Notes: generated by a model not told the origin, from the sequence alone. Counted from the stretch's first letter, positions 52,944 to 64,000 are shown. The stretch is 64,000 nt of DNA from Terriglobia bacterium (GCA_965206645.1 CBDBKE010000004.1:1-64000), one strand, 5' to 3'. Numbers and translations are program-made.

Positions 52944-53251
52944 TTTCAGAGCCCGAATCGCCGCGCGGTAAGATGCTCAAATACAACACCGCTGAAATGT
53001 TGCAAGCGCAGGCGGCGGGTCAGTGGGATAGGCGAAGAGGAGACGTTCTTCAGAGGAATCTCGACGAATCACTTCGCATTCTGCGGGACAAGTCCGCAGC
53101 CTTCAAACGACGGTTTCGCGCCCGCGACATGTGACCCGTGTTCACGACTCCAGTCTGAAGCCCGGAGTCGTTACGGGCTAGCCCATGAGTCGCTGGACTG
53201 TTCAAGATGCGGAGGATTTCCGGATCATCTACGGTCTTGCCTTCTCGTCAC

Positions 53252-53557
53252 TTACTCGCTGAGCACCCGCACAACCGCCTCTGGGTCACGGTCAATGACG
53301 GTCAGCAGGATGCGGGCGGCGCGATCTGGAACACGGCGTCCCTGTTCCCATTCCTGAACGGCACGCGCGTCGAGACCGAATCGGTCCGCAAATTTCTGGC
53401 GACTCAACTTCATGCGCTTCCGTATCGCAAGAATATGCTCTGCCGCAGGATCGTCGACAATGCGGCAAGGTAAATCTGCTTCGCCGCGCACATGGGCAAG
53501 GACCTCGCCCAAGGCCGCCTCGATCTCCTGACCCACCTTGGTTCGTTCCGTCGTCAT
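53252..53557 (-). CDS. HTH antitoxin (HigA2-like)
   Basis: IRKRMKLSRQKFADRFGL...QEWEQGRR.PDRAARILL. Confidence 0.9.
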   Translation of the reverse strand: MTTERTKVGQEIEAALGEVLAHVRGEADLPCRIVDDPAAEHILAIRKRMKLSRQKFADRFGLDARAVQEWEQGRRVPDRAARILLTVIDRDPEAVVRVLSE

Positions 53558-53886
53558 CGGCTTATCTCTTCTTTCTTGATCGCGGCCACCAGCCGCGACA
53601 GGGCTTTTCTGTCTGCTGCAGTCACGTCATCACGGTCGGCCTTCGCATAGGCTGTCAACATGTAGATTGCCTCCGGTCCTACGTGGTGGAAGTAAATCGT
53701 TCGGATTCCACCTCGCTTTCCCCGTCCCGATCCTTTCCACCGTAACTTGCGAATACCTCCGGTTCCACGGAGCAACGATGCACTGCCAGGATCGGCAACG
53801 ATTGCCGCCTCCATTTTCTGGCGCTCCGCTTCCGACATGAGCTTGCGAACAACGCGCTCGTAGGTTCTAGTGGCGAAGATTCGCAC
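53554..53886 (-). CDS. RelE/HigB2-like toxin
   Basis: GTGGIRKLRW...GKRGGIRTIYF...LTAYAK. Confidence 0.9.
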   Translation of the reverse strand: MRIFATRTYERVVRKLMSEAERQKMEAAIVADPGSASLLRGTGGIRKLRWKGSGRGKRGGIRTIYFHHVGPEAIYMLTAYAKADRDDVTAADRKALSRLVAAIKKEEISR

Positions 53887-53894
53887 TGGCCTTT

Positions 53895-53924
53895 AATATG
53901 CGGCAATGCCGCATATTCTGTCAA
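53895..53924 (-). promoter_or_regulatory. TA promoter with palindromic operator
   Basis: AATATGCGGCA-A-TGCCGCATATT inverted repeat next to minus-strand TTGACA. Confidence 0.75.
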
Positions 53925-54162
53925 GGCTGTCCTTACGACGGAGAAGCCGCCTTATTGGCAAGATCACCCGCGGCATACGCCGCTGAAGCGTTCCGTCTTG
54001 ACCGTATCAACGCGTGAGGGCCGGCTTGTCAGCACGGGTCTCCGTGCCATGCTCTTTCGCTCGACGTATGCAAGGCATAGAATCAGACACGGTATACGAC
54101 ACACGGCGGCGCTCGCAGGACGGCGCCGTTGCCCTCATGTCTCAAACGACCGTTTACGACAC

Positions 54163-54219
54163 ATGCTGATCGGCTACGCCCGCGTCTCCAAGGCGGACGG
54201 CTCCCAGTCGCTGGACCTG
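54163..54219 (+). pseudogene. Serine resolvase (TniR-like) N-terminal stub, probable res site upstream
   Basis: MLIGYARVSKADGSQSLDL. Confidence 0.75.
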
Positions 54220-54331
54220 CCGCGCGGTGGCCTTCTCTGGGCTGCCCGGGTCTCGGCCGTTTCCTGTATTGTTTCCTTCCGAATTCTCCCGATCGGGTAG
54301 TGACTAGGTGGCGAGGGAGTGCTTGCAATAC
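54219..54331 (+). promoter_or_regulatory. Duplicated promoter module, copy 1
   Basis: Homologous to 55606-55717; contains CTCCCGATCGGGTAG. Confidence 0.65.
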
Positions 54332-54465
54332 GCTGTCGGCTATTCGCGCCCTCCCGGCAATTCGCCGCGGAAAAGCCGCATTCTGGAGCGCGCACGCGAC
54401 CGCTCCAGGACATCAACAGCGTCACAGGTGCTGTTCATCCTGGCCTGGCTGAAGGAAGACTCGCC

Positions 54466-55602
54466 GTGAGCGACCAAGACGAGTTCGCGCGGATCCTGGC
54501 GTCGTTGTACCAGGCCACGCTCGACGATCGCCACTGGCCGGTGACCTCCGCCCTGATTGACGAAGCCTGCGGCATCACGGGCAATTGCCTCTTGGTCGGG
54601 GAAGGCCCGCCCGACAACATCCGGGCCATGTTCGTCGGGGTGTACGCTCGGGGGGAGCGCCAGGCAGACCTGGAACGCGAGTACCTCCAGGTCTACCATT
54701 CCATCGACGAAGCGGTGCCGCGCCTGCGGCAACTGCCCGACAGTCAGTTGGTGCCCATCGCTGACCTGTACACGGCCGAGGAGTTGAAGAGCTCACCGAG
54801 CTACAACGACATCTTGCGCCGGGCCCACTACCAGCAGGGCCTGAACGTGCGCCTGGACGGGCCGGATCGCTCGCATATGACGTGGGGTCTCGGCGATCCG
54901 GTGGCGTCGGATGGCTGGGGGTCGGCGAAGATCGCGCTGCGGCAGAGGCTGCTGCCCCAGATCCGGCACTTTGTGTGCGTCCGGCAGGCGCTGGTCCGGG
55001 CCGGGGCGCGGGCCACGACCGCGGCCGCCCTGCTAGAGAATCCCCGGATTGGGGTCATCCACCTGGACCGGCGCGGGCAGATCCTGGAGGTCAATGACCG
55101 CGCCCGCAGCCTCCTGCGACGCGGCCAGGGGTTGTCGGACCGGGATGGAGTGCTGCGAACGCGGCAGCCGGCCGATCAGCGCCGTCTTGAACGGCTCGTG
55201 GCCGGCGCGCTGCCGACCGCCGGGGCCGTCCCGGTCAGCGGGTCGATGCTGCTGGCCCGCGCAGCCGGAGCCCCGCCGTTCGTGGTGCATGTCAAACCCG
55301 TCGCGGTGCCCCAACCGGACTACGGCGCGCGCTACGTGGCCGCGTTGGTTCTGATTGTCGAGCCGAGGAGCCAGCATCGGATCGACCCCGACCTGGTGGC
55401 CAGGACCCTGGAGCTGACACCGATGGAGAGTCGGATTGCGGTCGGGCTGGCCGAAGGCAAGAGCGTTCGGGAGATGGCCGAGGCCACGGGGCGCACCCCA
55501 GGCGCCATCACCTGGCACCTGAAGCAGATCTACCGGAGACAGTCGATCTCCGGGCAGGTGGATCTGGTGCGGCTGGTGCTGTCACTCACTGAGTTCGAGT
55601 AA
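54466..55602 (+). CDS. LuxR-type HTH regulator with GAF/PAS-like sensor region
   Basis: GVIHLDRRGQILEVNDRA (PAS-like); LTPMESRIA..LAEGKS..EMA.......HLKQIY (LuxR HTH). Confidence 0.88.
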   Translation: MSDQDEFARILASLYQATLDDRHWPVTSALIDEACGITGNCLLVGEGPPDNIRAMFVGVYARGERQADLEREYLQVYHSIDEAVPRLRQLPDSQLVPIADLYTAEELKSSPSYNDILRRAHYQQGLNVRLDGPDRSHMTWGLGDPVASDGWGSAKIALRQRLLPQIRHFVCVRQALVRAGARATTAAALLENPRIGVIHLDRRGQILEVNDRARSLLRRGQGLSDRDGVLRTRQPADQRRLERLVAGALPTAGAVPVSGSMLLARAAGAPPFVVHVKPVAVPQPDYGARYVAALVLIVEPRSQHRIDPDLVARTLELTPMESRIAVGLAEGKSVREMAEATGRTPGAITWHLKQIYRRQSISGQVDLVRLVLSLTEFE

Positions 55603-55605
55603 ACC

Positions 55606-55717
55606 GCCACGCGGTGGCGTTCTCTGAGCGGCCCGGTTCTCGGCCGCTTTCCGCCTTTTTCCTTCTGAATTCTCCCGATCGGGTAGCGACTGGGCGGCGC
55701 GGAAGTGCATGTAATAC
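55606..55717 (+). promoter_or_regulatory. Duplicated promoter module, copy 2
   Basis: Homologous to 54219-54331; lies upstream of the FN3 gene. Confidence 0.65.
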
Positions 55718-55933
55718 ACGGCCGGTCTCTCACGACTGCCCGGGACGGTCTGGCGCAGCTGCCGGTCGCGCGCTTCGCGCAACGGGCGTGACGTCACGAT
55801 GGGTCTTGAGGCGTGGCGGAGGAGCGAACCGTGACACCTCTTGCACCCATCCACGCCCGCCGTCTGGTTTTTCCTGATGTGTGCAGCGGCGAGGGCGGTG
55901 ACCCGGTCGGAACGGCACCGAGGGAGAAAAGTG

Positions 55934-58900
55934 ATGAATAGCTCGAACAAAAGCTTGACAAAAGCAATGAGGTCCGGTGCTAGCCTCATAAGAGCCGAGA
56001 GCCGAGAGCCGAGAGCCGAGAGCCGAGAGCCGAGAGCCGAGCCGTTCTTATTGCCTAAGCTCAACCTCTCCGTCTGAGTTCTCCGCCGCGCCCGCCGGGG
56101 CGCGGGATCGAGACCGTGCCCGTCGGCACGCCCGTCCAGGCCGCGCCGGCGCCACCGTCCTCGTCGTGGGCCTGCTGCTCCTCGGGGCAGCCGCGGCGGA
56201 GGCGCAGACGTCGGTCACCTTCGTGAGCAACCAAGGGCAATTGGCCGATGACAGCGCCAGCACCAGTGGCAACGACCATGCGCAGCTGTTCCACACGGGT
56301 GCCCACGCGAACGGCTACACGTTCACCGGCATGTACGTCAGCTCCGAGGACGCCGAGGGCGACGACTTCGACGTCGAGATCTGCGAGGCGGATACCACCG
56401 CGAACGAGTTTCCAACCGCGACCTGCACGGCCCTGACGGCGCCGGGCAGCTTCGCGGCCGGGCTCGTGCAGTTCACGCACACCGGCCTCGCCCTCTCGGC
56501 GAACACCAACTACGTGGTGGTGATCAAGCAGCGCGGCACCGGGAGCGTGGAGCTCAACTCCACCCCCTCCGGCGCAGAAGATACGACCGGCCTCTCGGGG
56601 TGGAGCATCAAAGACACGTTCTACTGGAACAACAGCGGCACCTGGACGGTTAAGTCCGGGGCCAACGAGGCGCTCCGCATCATCCTCCAAGGCTATGCAC
56701 GGACCACCGTCACCACATGCAGCGTCGCCGCGATGCAGAACCAGGTCTGGACGGAAAACCTGACGGTGGGGACACGGATGGTCGCCAGCGTCACGTTTCT
56801 GGGCTGGAACGACTCGGGGGATTTCACCGGGGCAAGCCTGACGGACCAGGATTTCACATTCGGCGGGGATACCTACAACCTAGACCAAATATCCCTATCA
56901 GGGAGGGGTACTAACTCTCATATTCGACTCGGCGAACGTCGGAGACATCGCGACACAGGCAACCCGCGACAAACTCATACTTTACGTCGGCAGCGACTCG
57001 TTCAACTTGGAGGCGGGAACACTCGCGAGCAACCAACGGACCATAAACTGGACCGGAACCAGCCTCTCGTGGGCCGCGAGCGACTCCGTCTGCCTGGCGG
57101 TGACGGAAGTCGTCGTCCCGCCGGCCGTCCTCACCCCGGACGTCTCGTCGGTCGCGCTGACCTCCGACCCGGCAGCTCTCGACGGAGTCCGGCGTCACCT
57201 ACGACCGCGAGACCCAGTCGAGCTATGCCGTGACGCTGAAGGCTGACGACGACAACGGCGGCACCGACACCATCGCGGTGACGATCACGCTCACCAACGT
57301 CATCGAGCCGCCGGACCGGCCTGCGGCCCCCTCGGTGACCGCGACGGCGGGCACGACGGACAGCCTGTCGGTGAACTGGACGACACCGTCGAACACCGGT
57401 CCCGCCATCGACAACTACGACCTGCAGTACCGGGAAGGCACCAGCGGGAGCTGGACCAACGGCCCCCAGAACGTGAGCGGCACCAGCGCGACGATCGGGA
57501 GCCTGACCGCGAACACCCTCTACCAGGTGCAGGTGCTGGCGAGCAACGCCGAAGGCGACAGCCCCTGGTCGCTGCCCGGTTCGGGGCAGACCGGCACGCT
57601 GGGGGCGCCAGACGTGCCGCACAGCCTCGACGCCACGCCCGGCAACCGGCAGGTGATGCTCAGTTGGGTCCAGCCATCCGGCGGCGCGGCGCTCACGCAC
57701 TACGAATACGAGCAGGACGGGTCCGGGACTTGGACCTCCACGGGCGGGAAGGCCCCCAGCTACACGGTGACCGGCCTGACCAACGGTCAGTCCTACACGT
57801 TCCGGGTGCGGGCGGTCAACAGCGCCGGGCCGAGCGCGGCCTCGGGTTCGTGGACGGCCACGCCCACGACCACGGAGCCGGAGGCGCCGCAGAGCCTGAG
57901 CTTCACGACCGGCGACCAGCAGGTGACGCTGCGCTGGAGGGCGCCCACGAACGACGGCGGGCCGCCGATCACGCACTACGAATACGAGCAGGACGGGTCC
58001 GGGACCTGGATCTCCACGGGCGGGACGGCCACCAGCTACACGGTGACCGGCCTGAACAACGGCCAGACCTACATGTTCCGGGTGCGGTCGGTCAACGCCC
58101 TGGGCAGTGGTGCTGTGGTGACGCTCGAAGCCACGCCATCTCCGTCAACCGGCAGAGGTGGCGGCGGTGGCCCACGCCAAACGGTGCCGTCCGCGCCCAG
58201 GAATCTGCTGGCGGAGGGTGGAGACGGGCAGGTGAAGCTGACGTGGGAGGCGGCGGAGAACGACGGCGGCTCTGAGATCAGGGATTACGAGTACCGCATC
58301 GACGGGAAGGGACGCTGGATATCCATCGGCTCCACCGACACCACCCATACGCTCACCGGTCTCGTCAACGGCACGGAATACGTCTTCGAGGTGCGGGCGG
58401 TGAACCGGATCGGCAGGGGCCGGGCTTCCAACCGGGCCGAGGCCACGCCGGAAGCGCCGGAAGTGTTTGCCCTGGACTTTGCGCATTTCGCCAATGGGAC
58501 CGGCATCACCTCCGAGATGGTGCTCGTGAATGTGTCCTCCCATCCGATCCGGCCCGCAATCTACTTTTACGATCGAGGGGGCCATCTCATTGACCCCGAA
58601 TCGGTGGTGGACGTGACGGTCGATCTGGAGGTCGCCGAGGACGGAAGCCTGACCGTCCGGACGGAAATGGAGCCGCTGGGGGAACTCACGATTTCAACCC
58701 ACGGGCAAGGCGAGCTGGTGTCGGGATCGGTGAAGGTCCTCTCCGACGGTCCCATCGGCGGCGGCGTGCGCTATGGCGTCCCAGAGATCGGGGTGGCCGG
58801 GGTAGGAGCCAGCCCGCCCGTCCGGGATGTCCTTTTCCCGGCCCGCCGCCAGGAGGGAGGAATCCGCACGGCGACGGCGCTCCACAACCTGGGAGCGGAA

Positions 58901-59905
58901 GCGATGGGGGTGAGCTGCCGATTGATGAGCGGGGGCGTCTCGCTGGAAGAGGTGGAGATTCCTCTGGAGGCCAACGGGCAGGCTTCCTGGTTCATCGAAG
59001 AGGCGTTCACCGCAACCGATACGTCCGATTTCCTGGGGTCGGTGCGCTGCACCGTGCTCGGTAGCAGACGGTTCACCGCCATCGCCGTGGAGATGGATGC
59101 CGCCCAGCGCATCTTCAACACGCTTTCGGTGGTACCGGTGGACTGGACGGGAGGCGGGGGCGGGGAGACGGTCCTGGATTTTGCGCATTTCGCCAACGGG
59201 ACTTGGATCACCGATCTGGTGTTCTTGAATCTGTCCATCCAGCCGAGCCGTCCCGCCCCCACCCCCTTTCATACGGCCATCCTTCCGAGCCGTCCCGAGA
59301 TTTATTTCTACGACACCGAGGGCAACCCGATTGCCGCCGAATCGGTGGTGGACATCACGGGCGATCTGGAGATCACCGAGGACGGCGCTCTGACGGTCCG
59401 CACCGAGATGGAGCCGCTGGGAGTACTCACGATCTCGACCCACGGGCGAGGGGCGCTGGTGTCGGGATCGGTGCGGGTGGTCTCGGAGGGTCCCATCGGC
59501 GGGATGCTCCGGTTTGAGCACCCCGACCTCGGAGTGGCCGGGGTGGGAGCCAGCCCGCCCGTCAGCGACGTCCTCTTCCCGGTGCGCCGCCAGGAGGGAG
59601 GAATCACGACGGGGGTCGCGCTCCACAACCTGGAATCGAGTGCGGGGTTGGTGCACTGCGATTTGATGCGAGAGGGTGTGCTGCTCGACGGCGCGAGCAT
59701 CCCTCTGGAGGCCAACGGGCAGACGGCCTGGCTCATCGACCAGGCGTTCCCCGACACCGATACGTCCGACTTCGCAGGGTCGGTGCGCTGCAGTGCGCCA
59801 GGAGGGGATCTGTTTACCGCCGTGGCCCTGGAAATGGATCACGGCACCCGCATCTTCACGACGCTTCCGGTGGTGCCGGTTCCAGAGAGGACGGATCGGG
59901 AATAG
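55934..59905 (+). pseudogene. Large secreted FN3/cadherin-like surface protein, phase-OFF and further frameshifted
   Basis: Signal peptide ending AAAEA-Q; four FN3 repeats; cadherin-like fragment; duplicated C-terminal LDFAHFANG domain; frame breaks at the SSR, near 56900 and near 57175. Confidence 0.8.
55991..56039 (+). repeat. Simple sequence repeat (AGAGCCG)x7
   Basis: Seven perfect heptamers read directly from the sequence. Confidence 0.97.
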
Positions 59906-59934
59906 ACGCCGGTAGTGTCCCTGTCTTGTCTGAG

Positions 59935-60010
59935 GGGCATGGGAGAATAGGGCATGCAGCGTCAACGCGGCGAGTTGGTTCCCGTCGGTGAAGTCATCGC
60001 CGATCTGCCT
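59935..60010 (+). pseudogene. RepA-like leader and N-terminal stub (repeat of about 46145-46220)
   Basis: CATGGGAGAATAGGGCATGCAGCGTCAACGCGGCGAGTTGGTTCC shared with the other copy. Confidence 0.55.
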
Positions 60011-60248
60011 GACACCCTATTCTCTTACGCCCGTTCAGAAAGGCGCTAAGAGCGCTTCTTGGGACGTAGCAAGCGAATCACTGACGTACGACTGACTTCG
60101 AGGGGCTTGGCAAGGCAGGATTTGTCGTAACCTTTTGGTTCCAGAGGTTTATCTTCCAGAGAAAATCAGAGAGAGTGCCTTGAGTGTTTCCGTAGCTCGC
60201 CGGTCCGCTCGTTACTAGGGAGATGGGAAATCGAATCCGCTATCGGGT

Positions 60249-60930
60249 ATGGCGATGACACCCGGCCCCCTAAATCACTGTCGTCCTAGCACATTTTCCG
60301 CCGCATGCCCAGGGTGCGGACGGACCCTCCTTGGCCTTCTCGCCGCCTTGTCGGCGGGCCTGCCCACCGTCTTCGCGGCGGTTACTGTCGTAGTGTTGGT
60401 GTCGCTGTTCCCGGCCACGGTCGAGGGGCAGGGCGACTCTGAGCCGTGTCCAGGCGGCGGCTATAACCCGACGCCGACGGCGGTAGAGGTTACGGCAGTT
60501 CCCATCGTGGTCACGTCCACGACTGCGGACTACTTCGTGCTGTATGTGAAGCACGATGTAGATGGTACGGAGGTGGAACTGCCTGTCCTGGTGAAGTTGG
60601 GGGAAGCGGGCACGACCACGCTGGCCGAGAACGTGGAGGCGCTGCCCAAGGAGCGCTACCGGGTTGAGAAGTACCTCGTCGCCGACCCCGCCGACGTCGA
60701 CGGTGACTGCACCGACGACATCACCGAACTCGCGGACCCGGTGGGTATGAACCCGGTGAACCCCGCCGCCGCCATCGAACTCAGCGACGGCGCAGTAGCC
60801 GTTCCGGACCAGGAAACACGCGAGATGATCTCCACCCGATCCAACGCAAGACGGTACCTCAAGTTCGTTCTGTTTGACATGGACACCGACGCCCCGGGTG
60901 TTTACTTCATGAACACCGAGACGCACCCGG
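60249..60930 (+). pseudogene. Secreted hypothetical protein truncated by IS3
   Basis: Hydrophobic signal region, beta-rich domain, DVDGDCTDD Ca-loop-like motif; runs into the IS3 IR. Confidence 0.7.
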
Positions 60931-62180
60931 TGACCTGACCGGCACTTTTTGTACCAAGTGGAAAGAGAGAGAATCCACTTGAGAAGGAAGTGAGGTCATG
61001 CCGACAAGGAGTTACAAGCCGGAGCAGATTGTAGCGGTGCTACGGCAGATAGAAGTGCAGATGGGGAACGGGAAGACTGCGCCCCAAGCCTGCAAAGAAG
61101 CTGGAATCCACACCCAAACCTACTACCGGTGGCGGAAGGAATACGGCGGGCTGAAGGTGGTGCAGGCAAAACGGCTGAAGGAGTTGGAGAAGGAAAACAC
61201 GCGGCTGAAGCGGTTGGTAGCGGAGCTTTCTCTGGAGAAGCAGGTGCTGCGGGATGTGGCACAGGGAAACTTCTGAGCCCTGAGCGGCGGCGTTGTGCGG
61301 TGGAGCGTGCGTGGGAGCAACACGGGTTGTCGGAACGGCATGCCTGCCGGCTGCTGGGGCAATGGCGAGGGACACAACGATACGAGCCGATTCATCGGGT
61401 GGACGAGGATGCTCTGACCCGAGCGATCATTGCCCTGGGAGCGAAGTACGGGCGATATGGCTACCGGAGGATCACAGCGTTGCTGCGGAGTGCGGGCTGG
61501 GAAGTGGGCAAGGACCGGGTGCAGCGGATTTGGCGGCGGGAAGGGCTGAAAGTGCCGCAAAAACAAAGGCCGCGAGGACGGCTGTGGCTGAACGACGGTT
61601 CCTGTGTACGACTGAGGCCGGAGCGACCGAACCACGTGTGGAGCTACGACTTCATGAGTGCCAGAACGCACGAGGGGAGAACGCTGCGGCTGCTGACCTT
61701 GCTGGATGAGTACACGCGGGAATGCCTGGCGATCCGGGTGGAGCGGAGAATGGGCAGCCAACAAATCATTGAGGCGTTGTCGGACGTGATGTTGTGGCGA
61801 GGGATACCGGAACAGATTCGATCCGACAATGGTCCCGAGTTCATCGCCAAACAACTGCGCCAGTGGTTGGCAAATCTAGGGACCGGGACACTGTACATCG
61901 AACCGGGCAGTCCCTGGGAGAACGGGTACTGCGAGAGTTTCAATGGGAAGCTGCGGGACGAATGCCTGAATGGAGAGATCTTCTACTCGTTGAAGGAGGC
62001 ACAGGTGGTGATTGAACAGTGGAGGGTGCAATACAACACGGTGCGGCCGCACTCGGCGCTCGGCTATAGGCCCCCGGCGCCGGGGGCCTATAGCCCTCCC
62101 CTGCCACTGAAACCAGTTTCACAGCCCCAGGCTGCGATGTAAACTCTCACTACGGTTGGTACAAAAAATCGGTCTGGTCA
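60931..62180 (+). mobile_element. IS3-family copy D, complete
   Basis: Both IRs present; orfA 60998-61276; GGGAAAC -1 frameshift site; orfB to 62142; no TSD. Confidence 0.96.
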
Positions 62181-62897
62181 GCAGCCACACCGGACGTGGA
62201 TCGGCACTACTCCATCTTCCAGACGCTTGGGGAGCGGTTCGTGATGGTTCGCTGGCACAGGCCGGGCGGGACGGCGGCGGCGCTGCGGGCGATGGGCCAG
62301 GACCGAGCGCGGGTCCGCCAAGAGCTACGCAACGCAGTCGCCGCGCTGTTCGGCTCCCTGCCAGAGCAGCAGCCTGCGCTCCCGGAGGAGCTTGGGCGCC
62401 GGATCGCCGCGCTGGCGGAGTTTGTCGTGGTGGCGCGGACCCAGGTGCCCAGGGACGGGCGCACCAAACACGTAATCTACGTCCCGGAGCCGGAGGCTCC
62501 AACTTGGCTGGCGCAACAGTTGGCGCAGCTTGCCAAGGGATCGGCGTTGCTGGCAGGCCGCGAGACCGTCACCGATGAAGACGTTGCTATTGTTCAGAGG
62601 GCTGGCATGGATTGCATCCCGGCAACACGCCGCAGGATTATAGAAGTCTTGATGCGAGGCAAGCACCGTTCGGCAATCATGCTGGCTTCGGCGCTCAAGA
62701 TGCCGTGGTCAAGCTATTCTTACGCGATGATGGACTTGAAATCCCTGGGGTTGGTGGACTCCTCCTATGACCACGAAGAGGGCGAAACCGTCCAATGGCT
62801 CACGCGGCAGGCCAAGTGGCTCCTCCGCGAGGCCGGTGTCCGCAACAGGAGGGGACGGCTCGTGAGGCGGGATTCGGGGGTTTGGCGCCGATGTTAG
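62181..62897 (+). pseudogene. C-terminal part of an AAA+/helicase-like protein with winged HTH, 5'-truncated
   Basis: AATP.VDRH....LGERF (sensor/Arg-finger-like); terminal MMDLKSLGLV. Confidence 0.5.
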
Positions 62898-64000
62898 CTC
62901 GGAAACCCGGTCGGCGTGACTGGCTGTTTCCGCGTCCGCGATAGCCAGAAAACTGGCGCGGCGAATAAGATGGACGAGGTGATGGATGCAGTGGGGCGAT
63001 ACGCGCAGGCGGTAAATTGTCCACCGCAGAGAGAGGCAGTATTGCTCGTATGAGGCGCTCTATCCCACGCACGTCGCCCTTCTCATCGGGTGTGGCGAAA
63101 GATATTGCATGGCCATCTACGCCCACCCGTCCGGTGCGTCCAATGCGATGGACGTAATCTTCCGGGCTTCGTGGAAGGTCGTAATTCATAACGAGTTCGA
63201 TACCTTTCACGTCTATCCCGCGCGCAGCGATGTCGGTTGCAACGAGGATGCGATATTTTCTGTTCTTAAATCCTTCGAGGGCTTCTTTTCGCTGGCCAAG
63301 AGATCGATTTGAGTGAATCTCCGCAGCAGTGTGTCCTAAAGCGCGAAGCTGTGCAGCAATTCTTTTTGCGCCGACTTTCATGCGGGCAAATATAAGTACC
63401 GACCCGCGATATTCGGTCACAATCTTTTCGAGAAGCCGAGGCTTATCTTGTTTGTGGACGAAGAAAAGTTCCTGCGTGATTTTCTCCGGCGGAGAGCCGG
63501 ATGGAGCAACCTCGATCCGAACCGGGAATTTCATCTGCGTTTGCGCGATGGTCACGATGTCCTGCGGCATCGTAGCCGAAAAAAGCATTGTCTGTCGTTC
63601 ACGGGGAAGTGCTGCCAATATCCGGTTGAGCTGCGGAGCAAAACCCATATCGAGCATCCGATCAGCCTCATCAAGAACGAGGGTGGCGACTGATTTTAAG
63701 GAAACTGTCTTCTGTTCTAAGTGATCGATAATCCTTCCCGGCGTGCCGATCACGATCTGTGGATTCCTGCGAAGCGCTTTCACCTGGCGGCTGATGGATT
63801 CTCCGCCGATCAAAACTGCCGTAAGTAGCCGAAGCGGACCGCCGATCTTCTCGAACGTTTCGTTGACCTGCATTGCTAATTCCCGCGTAGGAAGAACAAC
63901 CAGCCCCTGTTTACCCTGAAGGGCAGCTTGTACTATGGGCACGCCGAAAGCAAGAGTTTTTCCCGTTCCAGTTTGCGCGACACCGATGAGGTCTTTTCCC
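62800..64000 (-). CDS. DEAD-box RNA helicase (RhlE-like), start outside window
   Basis: AQTGTGKT, PTRELA, GTPGR, DEADRMLDMGF, SAT, ARGID, HRIGRTGR. Confidence 0.95.
   Translation of the reverse strand, partial: GKDLIGVAQTGTGKTLAFGVPIVQAALQGKQGLVVLPTRELAMQVNETFEKIGGPLRLLTAVLIGGESISRQVKALRRNPQIVIGTPGRIIDHLEQKTVSLKSVATLVLDEADRMLDMGFAPQLNRILAALPRERQTMLFSATMPQDIVTIAQTQMKFPVRIEVAPSGSPPEKITQELFFVHKQDKPRLLEKIVTEYRGSVLIFARMKVGAKRIAAQLRALGHTAAEIHSNRSLGQRKEALEGFKNRKYRILVATDIAARGIDVKGIELVMNYDLPRSPEDYVHRIGRTGRVGVDGHAISFATPDEKGDVRGIERLIRAILPLSAVDNLPPARIAPLHPSPRPSYSPRQFSGYRGRGNSQSRRPGFRANIGAKPPNPASRAVPSCCGHRPRGGATWPAA

Noticed and set aside
55955-55986. TTGACA...TAGCCT promoter next to the heptamer repeat
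   Set aside because: The spacer is 20 nt; the coding-frame model explains the repeat better.
6943-61943. Numerous antisense and alternate-frame ORFs over IS elements and GC-rich genes
   Set aside because: They recur identically with each IS copy and reflect GC-rich codon bias.

Overview
The window opens with about 2 kb of core-like chromosome (yraN, galT, tRNA-Gly, tRNA-Cys, and an orphan 3' half of tRNA-Val that looks like an att remnant). The remaining ~62 kb is a heavily eroded accessory island with many insertion sequences (IS3, IS1182, IS6 plus two IS6-type MITEs, IS30, IS1380, IS256, an IS110 fragment). It also holds remnants of small mobilizable plasmids (MOBQ relaxase with oriT and MobS, three RepA-like stubs, a TniR-like resolvase stub, a ParG-like fragment), toxin-antitoxin pairs, a broken type I R-M hsdM, and surface or eukaryote-like proteins (Sel1, TPR, FN3/cadherin, OmpA, Cache, beta-barrel). 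The gene content suggests an Acidobacteriota-like, possibly host-associated bacterium (inference). Best leads: (1) an intact three-gene operon of two paralogous small HTH proteins plus a Swt1-like HEPN RNase, a candidate new defence or TA system; (2) a secreted rhodanese with UGA at the catalytic position and a SECIS-like hairpin; (3) a duplicated ~440-nt structured leader in front of a small SSB/PC4-like gene; (4) a heptamer-repeat phase switch and a duplicated LuxR-type promoter box controlling an FN3 adhesin; (5) IS1182 repeatedly inserting into a 34-bp palindrome inside an IS3 element. All family calls come from motif recognition by eye with no database search, and some frameshifts could be assembly errors.
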